A DNA stretch of 64,000 nucleotides. It comes from Planctomycetota bacterium. Lineage in GTDB: Bacteria; Planctomycetota; B15-G4; JADJEK01. Each line of letters opens with the position of its first letter. The stretch's first letter is position 1. Location: assembly GCA_044225365.1 (NCBI GenBank), contig JBGAIQ010000009.1:64001-128000 (forward strand), given 5' to 3'. Shown one piece after another: positions 1-7,701 of the stretch. Made by a program: the position numbers and the translations under genes. The notes under the pieces were generated by a model that saw nothing but the letters and a program-made list of their open reading frames with translations, made no database searches and was not told the origin of the DNA.

Positions 1-750
1 ACGGTGATCTCCGATCAAAAGCGCAGCGAAGTGCTCGACGTACAGGATGACCGCAAGACCGAGAGTCTCGATCGCTTCTTCGGAACGCTCACGAACGCGC
101 AGCGCAAACGAATCGAGCTCGTTGCGATGGACATGTGGCCGCCGTTCATGAACTCCGTCGCGAAGAATCTCGAGGACGGTGCGAGCAAGATCGCGTTCGA
201 CAAGTTCCACGTCGCCAAGATGCTGGGAGACGCGGTGGACAAGACGCGGCGTGAAGAGAATCGAGAGCTTCTCGCCGAAGGCGACCGCTCGTTAGTCGGA
301 AAAAAGTATCTCTTTCTCAGTCGCACAGAGCCGATCGATCCGGACCAGGATCCGTTCGAGTTTCGACAGTTCACGGCGGGCATGCTGCGGACCGCGAGAG
401 CCTGGGCGATCAAGGAGACCGCGATGCACTTGTGGTCTTTCGATACGGTCCGCGCGGCGAAAGCCGCTTGGAATCGGTGGCTTGCTTGGGCGTCGCGGTC
501 GCGCCTCCCGAGCATGGTGCGCGTGGCTCGAACGGTCAGAAAGCACCTCCAGGGGATCCTCGTCGCGGTCATCCACAAGATCACGAACGCAGACGGCGAG
601 TCGATCAATGCGAAGATCCAACGGCTGAAGCAGCGAGCCTGCGGTTATAGAAACCGGCAACGCTTCCGAAATGCCATCCTCTTCCACTTCGGCGGACTGG
701 ATCTCATGCCCCGGACGCTCGCATCAACCCACACGAAAGTCTGAAGCGCC
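1..750 (+). mobile_element. ISL3-family insertion sequence, right part (left end outside window)
   Basis: The transposase ORF ends at 744 and runs into GAAGCGCC (743-750), which resembles the ISL3 right end (GAAGAGCC). An AT-rich 8-mer CGAAAACT follows as a possible target duplication. The element cuts the cassette ORF on the minus strand. Confidence 0.8.
4..744 (+). CDS. ISL3-family DDE transposase, C-terminal part (5' end outside window)
   Basis: Motifs VAMDMWPPF, FDKFHVAK and TNADGESINAKIQRLKQRACGYRN are typical of ISL3 transposases. Confidence 0.92.
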   Translation: MISDQKRSEVLDVQDDRKTESLDRFFGTLTNAQRKRIELVAMDMWPPFMNSVAKNLEDGASKIAFDKFHVAKMLGDAVDKTRREENRELLAEGDRSLVGKKYLFLSRTEPIDPDQDPFEFRQFTAGMLRTARAWAIKETAMHLWSFDTVRAAKAAWNRWLAWASRSRLPSMVRVARTVRKHLQGILVAVIHKITNADGESINAKIQRLKQRACGYRNRQRFRNAILFHFGGLDLMPRTLASTHTKV

Positions 751-1151
751 CGAAAACTAAACAACTCAACGTATCCCAACGGGCCATGTGTGTACATCGG
801 TAAGCCATCACACGGAGGCGCAAGCTGAAGCACATAGTAACCTTTCATCTCGCGGATGAACTCCGCCTCGGACTGCCGAGGGGCCTTTGATTCACGATAC
901 CGATCTCGCGCCCAGGCGTCCGCTCTTGGGTCGGTGCCGACACGCGGAGCTCGAAGTGTCTCGTACGGCGTGATCTGAATCTCGCGCCATCGTCGATCAA
1001 TGGCATCGCGATCGATGCCTCTCCACCGACGCCGCACCTTCTCGAACCAGCCAACGTTGACCGGCAAGTCCATCAGTCGCTGGAAGAGCCGAGCGAACTC
1101 TTCTTCGTGCCCGGCCTTCGGCTTGCCGATAGGATTCCAGTCGAGGCCCAT
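751..1151 (-). pseudogene. Integron cassette hypothetical protein interrupted by ISL3
   Basis: ORF MGLDWNPIGKPK... reads to YVELFSFR and then enters IS sequence at 750. It starts about 10 bp after the second attI-like core. Confidence 0.7.
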
Positions 1152-1161
1152 GCTCTGAGAG

Positions 1162-1220
1162 ACCTAGCTTGCACTTGACAGGTCTGGATAACTCATGTCC
1201 TGGACCTCACAGTCCATCCA
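1162..1220 (-). other. Second attI-like site (homologue of 6747-6807)
   Basis: acctagcttgcacttgacaggtctggataactca...ctggacctcacagtcca aligns closely with gccgaacttgcattcgaccggtctggataactca...ctggaccacacggtcca. Its core reads GCTAGGT on the minus strand instead of GTTRRRY. Confidence 0.7.
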
Positions 1221-1234
1221 GCATCGCGCTGGAA

Positions 1235-1480
1235 TGTACCTCTTTCACCGAATCGTTGCTCCTGCGAATCGTTGGCGTGATCGTCTCGAACCGAGCGCGA
1301 TCACCGGACCGGATGGCGGCCGAGCGGTGAGCCAGAGTCGGCGTCTTGCTTCGGCTGACGGCGATCGGCTTGGTAGTGAGGCCGATGAACGTCGGTGGCC
1401 TGAGCCTGCTCTCGGCCAGCCCCTCGCGAAGAACGAGGGACTCGACGTGCGGGTCCATTGCGTTCATCTCCGAGGTTCCG
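1235..1480 (+). pseudogene. Possible degraded IS91/ISCR-like transposase C-terminal remnant
   Basis: FHRIVAPANRWRDRLEP...GLDVRVHCVH loosely resembles the YHGVxAPNxxWR...GxDVxxCPxC tail of IS91-type transposases. Weak, by-eye match. Confidence 0.3.
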
Positions 1481-1524
1481 TGGTCGGCGCGAGTGGATCC
1501 ATGATGGGCGACCGTCGAGATCAA

Positions 1525-1546
1525 CCGTTGCAACGGCTGGTTCCGC
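1525..1546 (-). other. Half attC site (R''/L'' only)
   Basis: ccgttgcaacggctggttccgc matches the R''/L'' arm of the intact attC at 4610-4673 (ccgctgcaaccgattgttcggc) and lies just after the CbrC stop. No partner arm is visible. Confidence 0.55.
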
Positions 1547-1552
1547 AGCAAC

Positions 1553-2113
1553 TCATATGAAGTCGCTGTACCCGGCAACCCTTCCGCAGCGATCACACCT
1601 GAAGAGATACGCCGTGGGCGAGCCGATCCGCGAGAGTGCTTTCAGGTACTCCTGCCACGGATTCCCCTCCTCCCATCCGAGCTCTGTCCTGATGGCTTCA
1701 ATGACTTCAAGGGCCCCTGGACCGAGCTTCATAAGGTCCGAAAAGCCTGCCGGACCAAGGAAGGTCGCCGCATCTTCGCAGCAGGTCATCCATCGCTCTT
1801 GCTGCCATCCGGAAAAGCCGGGGGTTCGAAAAGCCACCTCTTCAGCGATCACACGGTCGACCTCCTCCCATGAACCGAAGCCACCGACACCAGCGAGTTC
1901 AGTGAACTCTGCACCGTACTTCTCATGCGCGCTACCGTCGACGATGCACCACGGACAGATGTCGTCCCGATGCTCCGCCTCAGAGTAGACCGGACCCGTG
2001 TAGATGTAGCCCCGAGCGCGATGACAGCATACGCAAGTCACCGGCGAACTCTGGACGCTTCCCGTGGCGACCGGATCCGGGTGATAGCGAAAACGTGGCA
2101 GAGGCTCGCTCAT
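1553..2113 (-). CDS. CbrC/UPF0167-family protein (integron cassette)
   Basis: LPRFRYHPDP, CVCC, YTGPVY, ICPWCIVDGSAHEKY, RTPGFSGWQQERW and YLFRCDRCG are CbrC-family signatures. Confidence 0.9.
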   Translation of the reverse strand: MSEPLPRFRYHPDPVATGSVQSSPVTCVCCHRARGYIYTGPVYSEAEHRDDICPWCIVDGSAHEKYGAEFTELAGVGGFGSWEEVDRVIAEEVAFRTPGFSGWQQERWMTCCEDAATFLGPAGFSDLMKLGPGALEVIEAIRTELGWEEGNPWQEYLKALSRIGSPTAYLFRCDRCGRVAGYSDFI

Positions 2114-2119
2114 ATATCT

Positions 2120-2194
2120 CGGCTTCGTCCGCCCCGCGAGATGCCGCTCGGCCGCGCGAGCGAATCGAGCGCCTGCGGAGGCGGCATGTTAGGC
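2120..2194 (-). other. Degenerate attC
   Basis: R'' (gttaggc, 2188-2194) overlaps the stop of the upstream cassette gene and an internal tccgc...gcgga stem is present. No AAC/GTT core is recognisable at the other end. Confidence 0.45.
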
Positions 2195-2656
2195 AGACAA
2201 GTCCAACAGCAAAGACGCACGCGCTCGGCAGGCCGGAAGCATGCCGGGGAGGTCCTCCCGAACTTGGGCTACGGCCCAGTCCAATCGCCCACAGTCATCG
2301 ATCAAGTGATCGAGGTAGTAACCGAAACGGACGACAGGATTTTCGAGATCCTCACCGAGGCAGTTTCCGGCCGCCCACCGAGCGAATGCGGACACGGCGT
2401 CATCGCTCGCGAGATCGAGTTCAACGGCATGCAAGCTGAACTGAGATGGGAAGTCGAGCTTGGGTGGCCGCCCGAAGCCCTCCAACTCAAAACAAGGTCC
2501 CGGGCCATGCTCCACCAGCTCGAGTAGCCACGTCGGAATCTGCGCCGGATCAGCGTGCGACATCAATACCCGCTCGGCCCAACCGGAAACCTGCTCATCG
2601 CTGAGAAAGCCTGCCGCCCAGACGGAGAGCACGCGGTTCCTCTCATCAAGAAGCAT
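2189..2656 (-). CDS. Hypothetical protein (integron cassette)
   Basis: ATG at 2656 lies just after the cassette core GTTGAGC (2672-2666) and the stop lies within R''. The cassette ends are near-complementary (GTTGAGCAG / CTGCCTAAC). Confidence 0.7.
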   Translation of the reverse strand: MLLDERNRVLSVWAAGFLSDEQVSGWAERVLMSHADPAQIPTWLLELVEHGPGPCFELEGFGRPPKLDFPSQFSLHAVELDLASDDAVSAFARWAAGNCLGEDLENPVVRFGYYLDHLIDDCGRLDWAVAQVREDLPGMLPACRARASLLLDLSA

Positions 2657-2665
2657 AGTCGTCCT

Positions 2666-2750
2666 GCTCAACGATGCCGGTCAGCGGATAGTGGCGGTCC
2701 AGATTCTACCGCGCCGACGAGCTCCACATCGCTCGCCGGCAGCTTCGGCG
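2666..2750 (-). other. Eroded attC
   Basis: gctcaac...tcagcgg (R'/L' arm) is intact. The opposite arm has decayed to gccggcagcttcggcg. Confidence 0.5.
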
Positions 2751-2789
2751 CGTGAGGTGAGTCTGCGGTCGGGCACGCGACGTCCGGGC

Positions 2790-3122
2790 GACGGCTCGTC
2801 GCCGAACGTCTCCGAGAGCGGGATGACCTCGCGATCGTGTTTCGCAATCGTGTTGACTGCGTACGGCCGGGGTTCCCGGCGTCCTTCATGGAGATGTCCG
2901 ATTCGTGCCCGTACAGAACCGCCAACTCCGGTCCTCGGGGAAGCCGGGCGCCTCGCGGTACATGACGTCGAGCCGAGCGCCATCGACGAAAAACCGAACG
3001 GCGGCGAAGCAAGGCTCGGGGCCGCAGGGTTGAACCACGACGTCGGCCGACTGGGTTGACCAAGTGATCGAGGCGCTGACCAGCGTCGCATCGTGCAGGT
3101 CGAGATCAACAAGCGAGGTCAT
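2790..3122 (-). pseudogene. Chimeric, decayed cassette: N-terminus of one hypothetical gene fused to a frameshifted DUF2185/Imm33-like gene
   Basis: MTSLVDLDLHDATL... switches to CFAAVRFFVDGARLDVMYREAPGFPEDRSWRF. The DUF2185-like continuation YAVNTIAKHDREVIPL is in another frame. Confidence 0.6.
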
Positions 3123-3128
3123 AGATCT

Positions 3129-3221
3129 GGCCAACGACACAAGCTCAGCGACGGCGGCCACGAGACGCGCCAATTGCAACCGCGACGGCCCGCCGCCGTT
3201 CGCTGCAGCGCATGGTTAGAC
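3129..3221 (-). other. attC site
   Basis: ggccaac...ctcagcg...cgctgcag...gttagac: R and L boxes with the extra-helical base in L'', 93 bp. Confidence 0.88.
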
Positions 3222-3641
3222 GGCGTGGTCATCTGGCGCATCACCCTCGCCAAGAAAGTATAGATCGAAATCGATGTCGAGACCGAGTGCGGCGACTCTG
3301 GCAAGAAGCTGCCGCGGAAGGTGAATGCCCGGTGTAAGCGTGCGGAAATAAACGGCGCAACCAATCTCAGCGGGAAAACGCGACAGGACTGCGCGAATGC
3401 CGGTGGCGTGTGCCTCCAAGGCTGTAAGCAAAGCATCAAGGTGCTCCTCGACTGGCGCGGTGAGTGGCAGCGGACTCTTGAAAGTCCAGCGGCTGTGTCG
3501 GCGCGTAACGTCCGGGCGCGTGCGCATCGGCTGACCAACAACCCACGCTTCGGTCGGCTCGAAGCCAGCCAACTGCGTGACAACGCTGGCGTCCTGACCA
3601 AACTCGAACACTGCGAAGAAAACGTGAGCGTCATGTTCCAT
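3216..3641 (-). CDS. DUF4279-like protein (integron cassette)
   Basis: MEHDAHVFFAV...GFEPTEAWVVG...SRW...HLDALL...LGLDIDFDLY fits the DUF4279 pattern. The stop is within R'' and the cassette ends are complementary (GTTAGAAGGCG / CGCCGTCTAAC). Confidence 0.75.
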   Translation of the reverse strand: MEHDAHVFFAVFEFGQDASVVTQLAGFEPTEAWVVGQPMRTRPDVTRRHSRWTFKSPLPLTAPVEEHLDALLTALEAHATGIRAVLSRFPAEIGCAVYFRTLTPGIHLPRQLLARVAALGLDIDFDLYFLGEGDAPDDHAV

Positions 3642-3655
3642 GTCGTGCGAACGCC

Positions 3656-3763
3656 TTCTAACGCGTGCAATTCTGCGGCGGCGCGAACACACCCGCGGCC
3701 GCCAAGTGTGGCAAGAGCGGCCGCGTTCCGCAACGCGCCGTCAGCAGAAATTGCTCGTTGGAC
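3656..3763 (-). other. attC site
   Basis: ttctaac...ttctgc...long internal stem...gcagaa...gttggac, 108 bp. Confidence 0.85.
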
Positions 3764-3980
3764 AGCGAGCTGAGGCCTCACATGCAAGACGTCCTGTGCC
3801 ACCGAGGCGGACGTCTAGTTCACGAAGAAACGCGCCCAGCAGCTCCGAATTGCGCCGATCAAGAGTCGGCATGGGCTCACCTGCCGCTTGATGTTCGCCT
3901 TGTGCGACGAGGCAATCTCGCAGGAGCCGGGCCGTTTCAACGTCGATTCGAAATTCAATCAGCGCGGTGTCGTCCGCCAT
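3741..3980 (-). CDS. Small hypothetical protein (integron cassette)
   Basis: 79-aa ORF filling the space between two attC sites. The ATG is 14 bp after the core, and the ORF reads into the attC. Confidence 0.55.
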   Translation of the reverse strand: MADDTALIEFRIDVETARLLRDCLVAQGEHQAAGEPMPTLDRRNSELLGAFLRELDVRLGGTGRLACEASARCPTSNFC

Positions 3981-3993
3981 TGGTTTCTTGGCT

Positions 3994-4119
3994 CTCTAAG
4001 CTCGCTGTTCAGCGGGGGCGCGCTGACATGGAAAGCGCGGCGCACGCGCATAATGAAATGACGCGTGTGCGCCGCGCCGCCATACCTTTGGCACCGACCG
4101 CTGCAACTGCCTGTTAAGC
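3994..4119 (-). other. attC site with mutated core (CTTAGAG instead of GTTRRRY)
   Basis: ctctaag...ttcagcgg...gcgcggcgcacgcg/cgcgtgtgcgccgcgc stem...ccgctgcaa...gttaagc, 126 bp. Confidence 0.8.
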
Positions 4120-4132
4120 GGCTGACGCACTG

Positions 4133-4573
4133 CTATGGATTCTGCCGACGCCCAATGCGTACGCATTCGCGCACATCGGACCATAATGCCGTGCCCCGCG
4201 CACGCGCCGCAGCAACGAACTCAGGAAGGCGGCGCGCAAGCTCCTGGATGTGCGTATCGAGTTCCGAACTGCTGCCGTAGCGCGGCGACCTCCACGGAGG
4301 CAACGTTAGCGCCTGCGCCGGCCAGCCGAGCCCCACCTCATCGTTCGAATTCCAACCACGGTTGGCATTGGACTCCGGAGCTACTGTGACGGTCATGTTT
4401 ACTCCGTGGCCCGCAGCACAATAGACGAGGAGATCGAATGGAGTACCGCGGAAGATCGCCAACATCTCCTCACGATGGCGCGGTATCCAAAGTGGACCCA
4501 CGAAGCCAATTTCGCGTGCGCCTGCGACGAGAAAAGTATCGAGGCTCGTGACGAAGTCCCTGGGCTCACTCAT
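4133..4573 (-). CDS. Hypothetical protein (integron cassette)
   Basis: 146-aa ORF between two attC sites. The cassette ends are complementary (GTTAGGCGGC / GCCGCTTAAC). Confidence 0.7.
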   Translation of the reverse strand: MSEPRDFVTSLDTFLVAGAREIGFVGPLWIPRHREEMLAIFRGTPFDLLVYCAAGHGVNMTVTVAPESNANRGWNSNDEVGLGWPAQALTLPPWRSPRYGSSSELDTHIQELARRLPEFVAAARARGTALWSDVRECVRIGRRQNP

Positions 4574-4609
4574 CGCGAACTCGCACCTTGAAATGCGCTT
4601 GCAGAAGCC

Positions 4610-4673
4610 GCCTAACGTTCTGGTTCAGCGGCGAGCCGCGCAGCGGCCCGTCCGCTGCAACCGATTGTTCGGC
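4610..4673 (-). other. attC site (canonical, 64 bp)
   Basis: Minus strand reads GCCGAAC-AATCGG-TTGCAGCGG...CCGCTGAA-CCAGAAC-GTTAGGC. Confidence 0.92.
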
Positions 4674-4679
4674 GGTTGC

Positions 4680-5591
4680 TCATTTTGTTTCCCTTCGAGC
4701 AACCCACATAGCGTGCTCACGGGAAATAGCTGTCTCGGCGTCATTAACAAACCGCGCAAGCTCAATTTCCGTCCTGACGTGCGGGGCGCGTGCAGCAATC
4801 AACGAGAGTTCTTGCGCCGCTAATCCGTATGCCTGTGCGAGCTCTTGATATCGCTTCATCGCACCCCAAGCGACAGTCGCCGATGCGAGAGTGCTGAACA
4901 CCGTTGCCGCCTTCCAAGGGAACGCAGGATATATTGCGAGCAGGACGGCTGCGCCTCCGGCCGCCGTTTGGAATACAACGAGCAGGACGAACCAGACATT
5001 ACGTTTGTTCCGATTGTCAGCCGACTTCTGCGAGTACCATGTCTGCTGTTCAACGACTCGCTGAGACAAGTAAGCATCGCGTTTTACACCGATCGCCGCA
5101 TTGCGGAGACCTTCCATGTACGACGTGACCTGCTGCCCCGTGGCATCCAGGCCAGCTAGCAGCGGAGCCAGCTGCTTGTTCTCGTTCAGCAACTCCCTTA
5201 GCGAATTCGTAAAGAGTTCAAGCGCATCCTGATACGACATCGACGACGGAAACGGATCGGCCGCACAGACAAATTTCCACGTCAGTGATTTCGCCGATTC
5301 GGCGACGGCGCGACCGGCATACCAGATTCTTTCCCATCGACGCGTTGCTAAGAGAATCGTGACCCCAACAGCCCCGAAGAAGATGATTGCTGCGATGGTG
5401 TTAACGACCCGCTTGCTCTCCACGTCAGTGAGACCAATCGATCCCACCATTGCTCCACTGAGTAGCAGCGACAGGTTGATGGTCACCCAGCGGGTATACC
5501 ACTTCTGACCAGACGAGGACGCATCATCCGCACACCGATACAGGGCGGGGAAAGATATTCGGTCAAAAGGCTTTGCCTCGAACTTTGCCAT
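4680..5591 (-). CDS. Tandem SLATT (DUF4231-like) 4-TM effector protein
   Basis: FPALYRCADDAS..GQ, WYAGRAVAESAKSLTWKF, YLSQRVVEQQTWYSQKS, KRYQELAQAYGLAAQEL and ETAISREHAMW, with two pairs of hydrophobic helices. Confidence 0.88.
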   Translation of the reverse strand: MAKFEAKPFDRISFPALYRCADDASSSGQKWYTRWVTINLSLLLSGAMVGSIGLTDVESKRVVNTIAAIIFFGAVGVTILLATRRWERIWYAGRAVAESAKSLTWKFVCAADPFPSSMSYQDALELFTNSLRELLNENKQLAPLLAGLDATGQQVTSYMEGLRNAAIGVKRDAYLSQRVVEQQTWYSQKSADNRNKRNVWFVLLVVFQTAAGGAAVLLAIYPAFPWKAATVFSTLASATVAWGAMKRYQELAQAYGLAAQELSLIAARAPHVRTEIELARFVNDAETAISREHAMWVARRETK

Positions 5592-5625
5592 GGGGGATAT
5601 CTCTGTGAAATCTCGATTATGACCG

Positions 5626-6021
5626 TCACGGGACAAGACGCCGCATGGTGCGGACGATCTCGTCAATGTCCCAGCCGACTCGCGGATGAGCTGCGAGCGG
5701 TGAGGGATAGTATTTGATGCGCCCATCGCTGTAGAGCCGAACCCCCATGATTGGCTTGCCGAGTTCGAGTGCCTTGTTCAGTTCCCAATCAACCCAGCTG
5801 CTCGTGTATGTGGTTGGCCCGTAGAGACACATGTTGAGGCTCGATCCACTGATCTTCGGAGCAATCTGCTGTTTGATGTAGTGCGCGTTGCTACTGTTGT
5901 ACGGTTCTCGAACCGAGTAGTCGGCGAATTCCAGGTCTCCGTTCTTGTTCTTCGCCTGTCCGCGAAATAGGTTGACCAATGCCAAATCTTCTTCGACAAA
6001 GCTGAGGAATGTCCGGATCAT
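5626..6021 (-). CDS. ThsB-like / DUF1863 TIR-domain protein
   Basis: RTFLSFVEED, DYSVREP, YIKQQIAPKI and SSWVDWELNKALELGKPIMGV (catalytic Glu kept). GGAGG RBS upstream. Confidence 0.88.
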   Translation of the reverse strand: MIRTFLSFVEEDLALVNLFRGQAKNKNGDLEFADYSVREPYNSSNAHYIKQQIAPKISGSSLNMCLYGPTTYTSSWVDWELNKALELGKPIMGVRLYSDGRIKYYPSPLAAHPRVGWDIDEIVRTMRRLVP

Positions 6022-6032
6022 GGAACCTCCAG

Positions 6033-6578
6033 TTAGTAGCCGCGCAACCACTTGCTCAGTAGATCAGCAGTATTGGTGTGGTGGTCGTACACCATCCATA
6101 CATTCTTCTCGTGTCCCTCTAGCGACCCCCAGACGATGCGTCGATAGAGACCGAGGTATTCCTGTTCAGCCCATTTTGTCTCGGTGACCCTTTGTACAAC
6201 CGGAAACAGTGCAACGGCGGCGGTCGACTTTTGCCCGTCTGCCAACCCGAGTTCCCACGGAATCCAGATGCTTCCCTTGCTGTTCGGTGAAACCAAGAGA
6301 ACAAGTCGTCGCATTTCACGAATGGTGTCCCTCAGAACTTGAGCGGTCTCAACCGAGGGGGGCTCGGGAAGGCGATCGTCGCCAAGATCAACGTAGATTT
6401 GTCCGCCGTGATTTTGAAGCACAAGCACTACACCGGGAACGAGATCGTTATCCTTCGATGAGTGGGAAAGGAATATGTTCTTCTCAGACTTCGACGCGGC
6501 GGCTTTCGTGAGAGTCTGCCGCTCTTGAAGCGTCCCGACAAATCCCTTTACCTCGTCAATGGTGGTGTATTGCGGCAT
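6033..6578 (-). CDS. TIR-domain protein (TIR_2-like)
   Basis: IFLSHSSKD, IYVD, LLVSPNSKGSIWIPWELGLADG (catalytic Glu kept) and QEYLGLY. Confidence 0.9.
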   Translation of the reverse strand: MPQYTTIDEVKGFVGTLQERQTLTKAAASKSEKNIFLSHSSKDNDLVPGVVLVLQNHGGQIYVDLGDDRLPEPPSVETAQVLRDTIREMRRLVLLVSPNSKGSIWIPWELGLADGQKSTAAVALFPVVQRVTETKWAEQEYLGLYRRIVWGSLEGHEKNVWMVYDHHTNTADLLSKWLRGY

Positions 6579-6746
6579 TTCTTCAACCTCAGTCGTGAGT
6601 CAGGAACAGCGCGACATCGGTCACACTGGCTGCGTCGTCGCCGTCCTCGTCTTAGACATGGTCGAGGATAACGACCTGTGCCCTCAGCTTGGTCCGATGT
6701 CCGTTGCCCGTATCGTATTCTGGGAATAGCCTGCCCTGCCTCCGTC

Positions 6747-6807
6747 GCCGAACTTGCATTCGACCGGTCTGGATAACTCACCGCCGCTGGACCACACGGT
6801 CCAATCA
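6747..6807 (-). other. attI-like primary recombination site
   Basis: Minus strand reads GAGTTATCCAGACCGGTCGAATGCAA-GTTCGGC. The core GTTCGGCG is the exact complement of R'' CGCCGAAC of the first cassette's attC. Confidence 0.78.
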
Positions 6808-6886
6808 ACGTCCGGCTGCGCTCGGTCTCATTTACCATATCCTGTCCGTTCCGCATCATTTGCGCGATCGAGTCCATGGAAGCTCG

Positions 6887-6912
6887 CTTGTTATCCAGGT
6901 CTGGATAACAAG
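6887..6912. repeat. 26-bp palindrome CTTGTTATCCAG-GT-CTGGATAACAAG
   Basis: Perfect 12-bp arms. Each arm contains the CTGGATAAC motif also present in both attI-like sites. Confidence 0.85.
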
Positions 6913-6953
6913 GCACGGAGTTCTCGTGGCAGTCCGATCCATGAACGCTCCAT

Positions 6954-7460
6954 TCATGGCTCGAGCAACCGATCCGCGGGACTCTTCACGCCGGCCGGCC
7001 CGCGATTGAGGACGTGCGTGTAGATCATGGTGGTGGCGACGTCCTTGTGCCCGAGCAGTTCTTGTACCGTGCGGATGTCGGAGCCATCCTCCAGCAGATG
7101 CGTTGCGAAGGAGTGGCGAAACGTGTGACAGCTCGCGCGCTTTGAGATTCCAGCGGCGAGGACCGCGCGGCGCACCGCCTCTTGGACGACGGATTCATGG
7201 AGATGGTGACGGCGGCGCTGTCCAGTCGCGGGATGCACGTGGAGTCGCGTCGCGGGAAACACCCACTGCCAGGGCCACTCGCGGCCGGCGTTCGAGTACT
7301 TGCGCGAAAGAGCGTGCGGTAGTTCGACCCAGCCCGCACCCGCTTCGAGATCTCCGCGATGCTGCGCACCACTCGCCGCGATTTTCGCGGCGAGCGCCGG
7401 CTTGGTCGCGATCGGCAGCATCGTGACGTGATCCTTGTCACCCTTGCCACTGACGAATGC
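6954..7460 (-). pseudogene. intI: Integron integrase, 5'-truncated
   Basis: GKGDKD, the integron-specific insert [33 protein letters not shown] and [16 protein letters not shown] are present. The N-terminal domain and box-I catalytic Arg (YGxGLR) are absent. Confidence 0.9.
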
Positions 7461-7701
7461 AGGACGGGACGCGTGACCCCCGTCGACGAGCGACTCGCTC
7501 GCGACGAAACGCGGGTACGACAACCTTGCGAAGGTCATGAATCCCATCCTCGATCTCATTCCCGCGCCCGAGCGACTCCGTCGCGCGGCGTGAAGATTCG
7601 GACGCTACGCCGAATCGCGGAGAGCGTCAAGCGGATCGCGACGGCGAAGCGCAGGACCAGGCGCGTTGGCGGCCGTCTTCGGGGAAACTCCGGAACTCCT
7701 C

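Noticed and set aside
5592-5726. N-terminal extension of the SLATT ORF to 5726
   Set aside because: It overlaps the TIR gene by 100 bp, and family similarity begins after the ATG at 5591.
4680-6578. Canonical Thoeris (thsA/thsB) or CBASS call
   Set aside because: No SIR2-SLOG, Macro or caspase effector and no CD-NTase/SMODS enzyme is present.
7460-7559. Full-length 201-aa integrase starting at 7559
   Set aside because: The first ~35 residues show no integrase similarity and box I is missing. This is read-through from non-homologous DNA.
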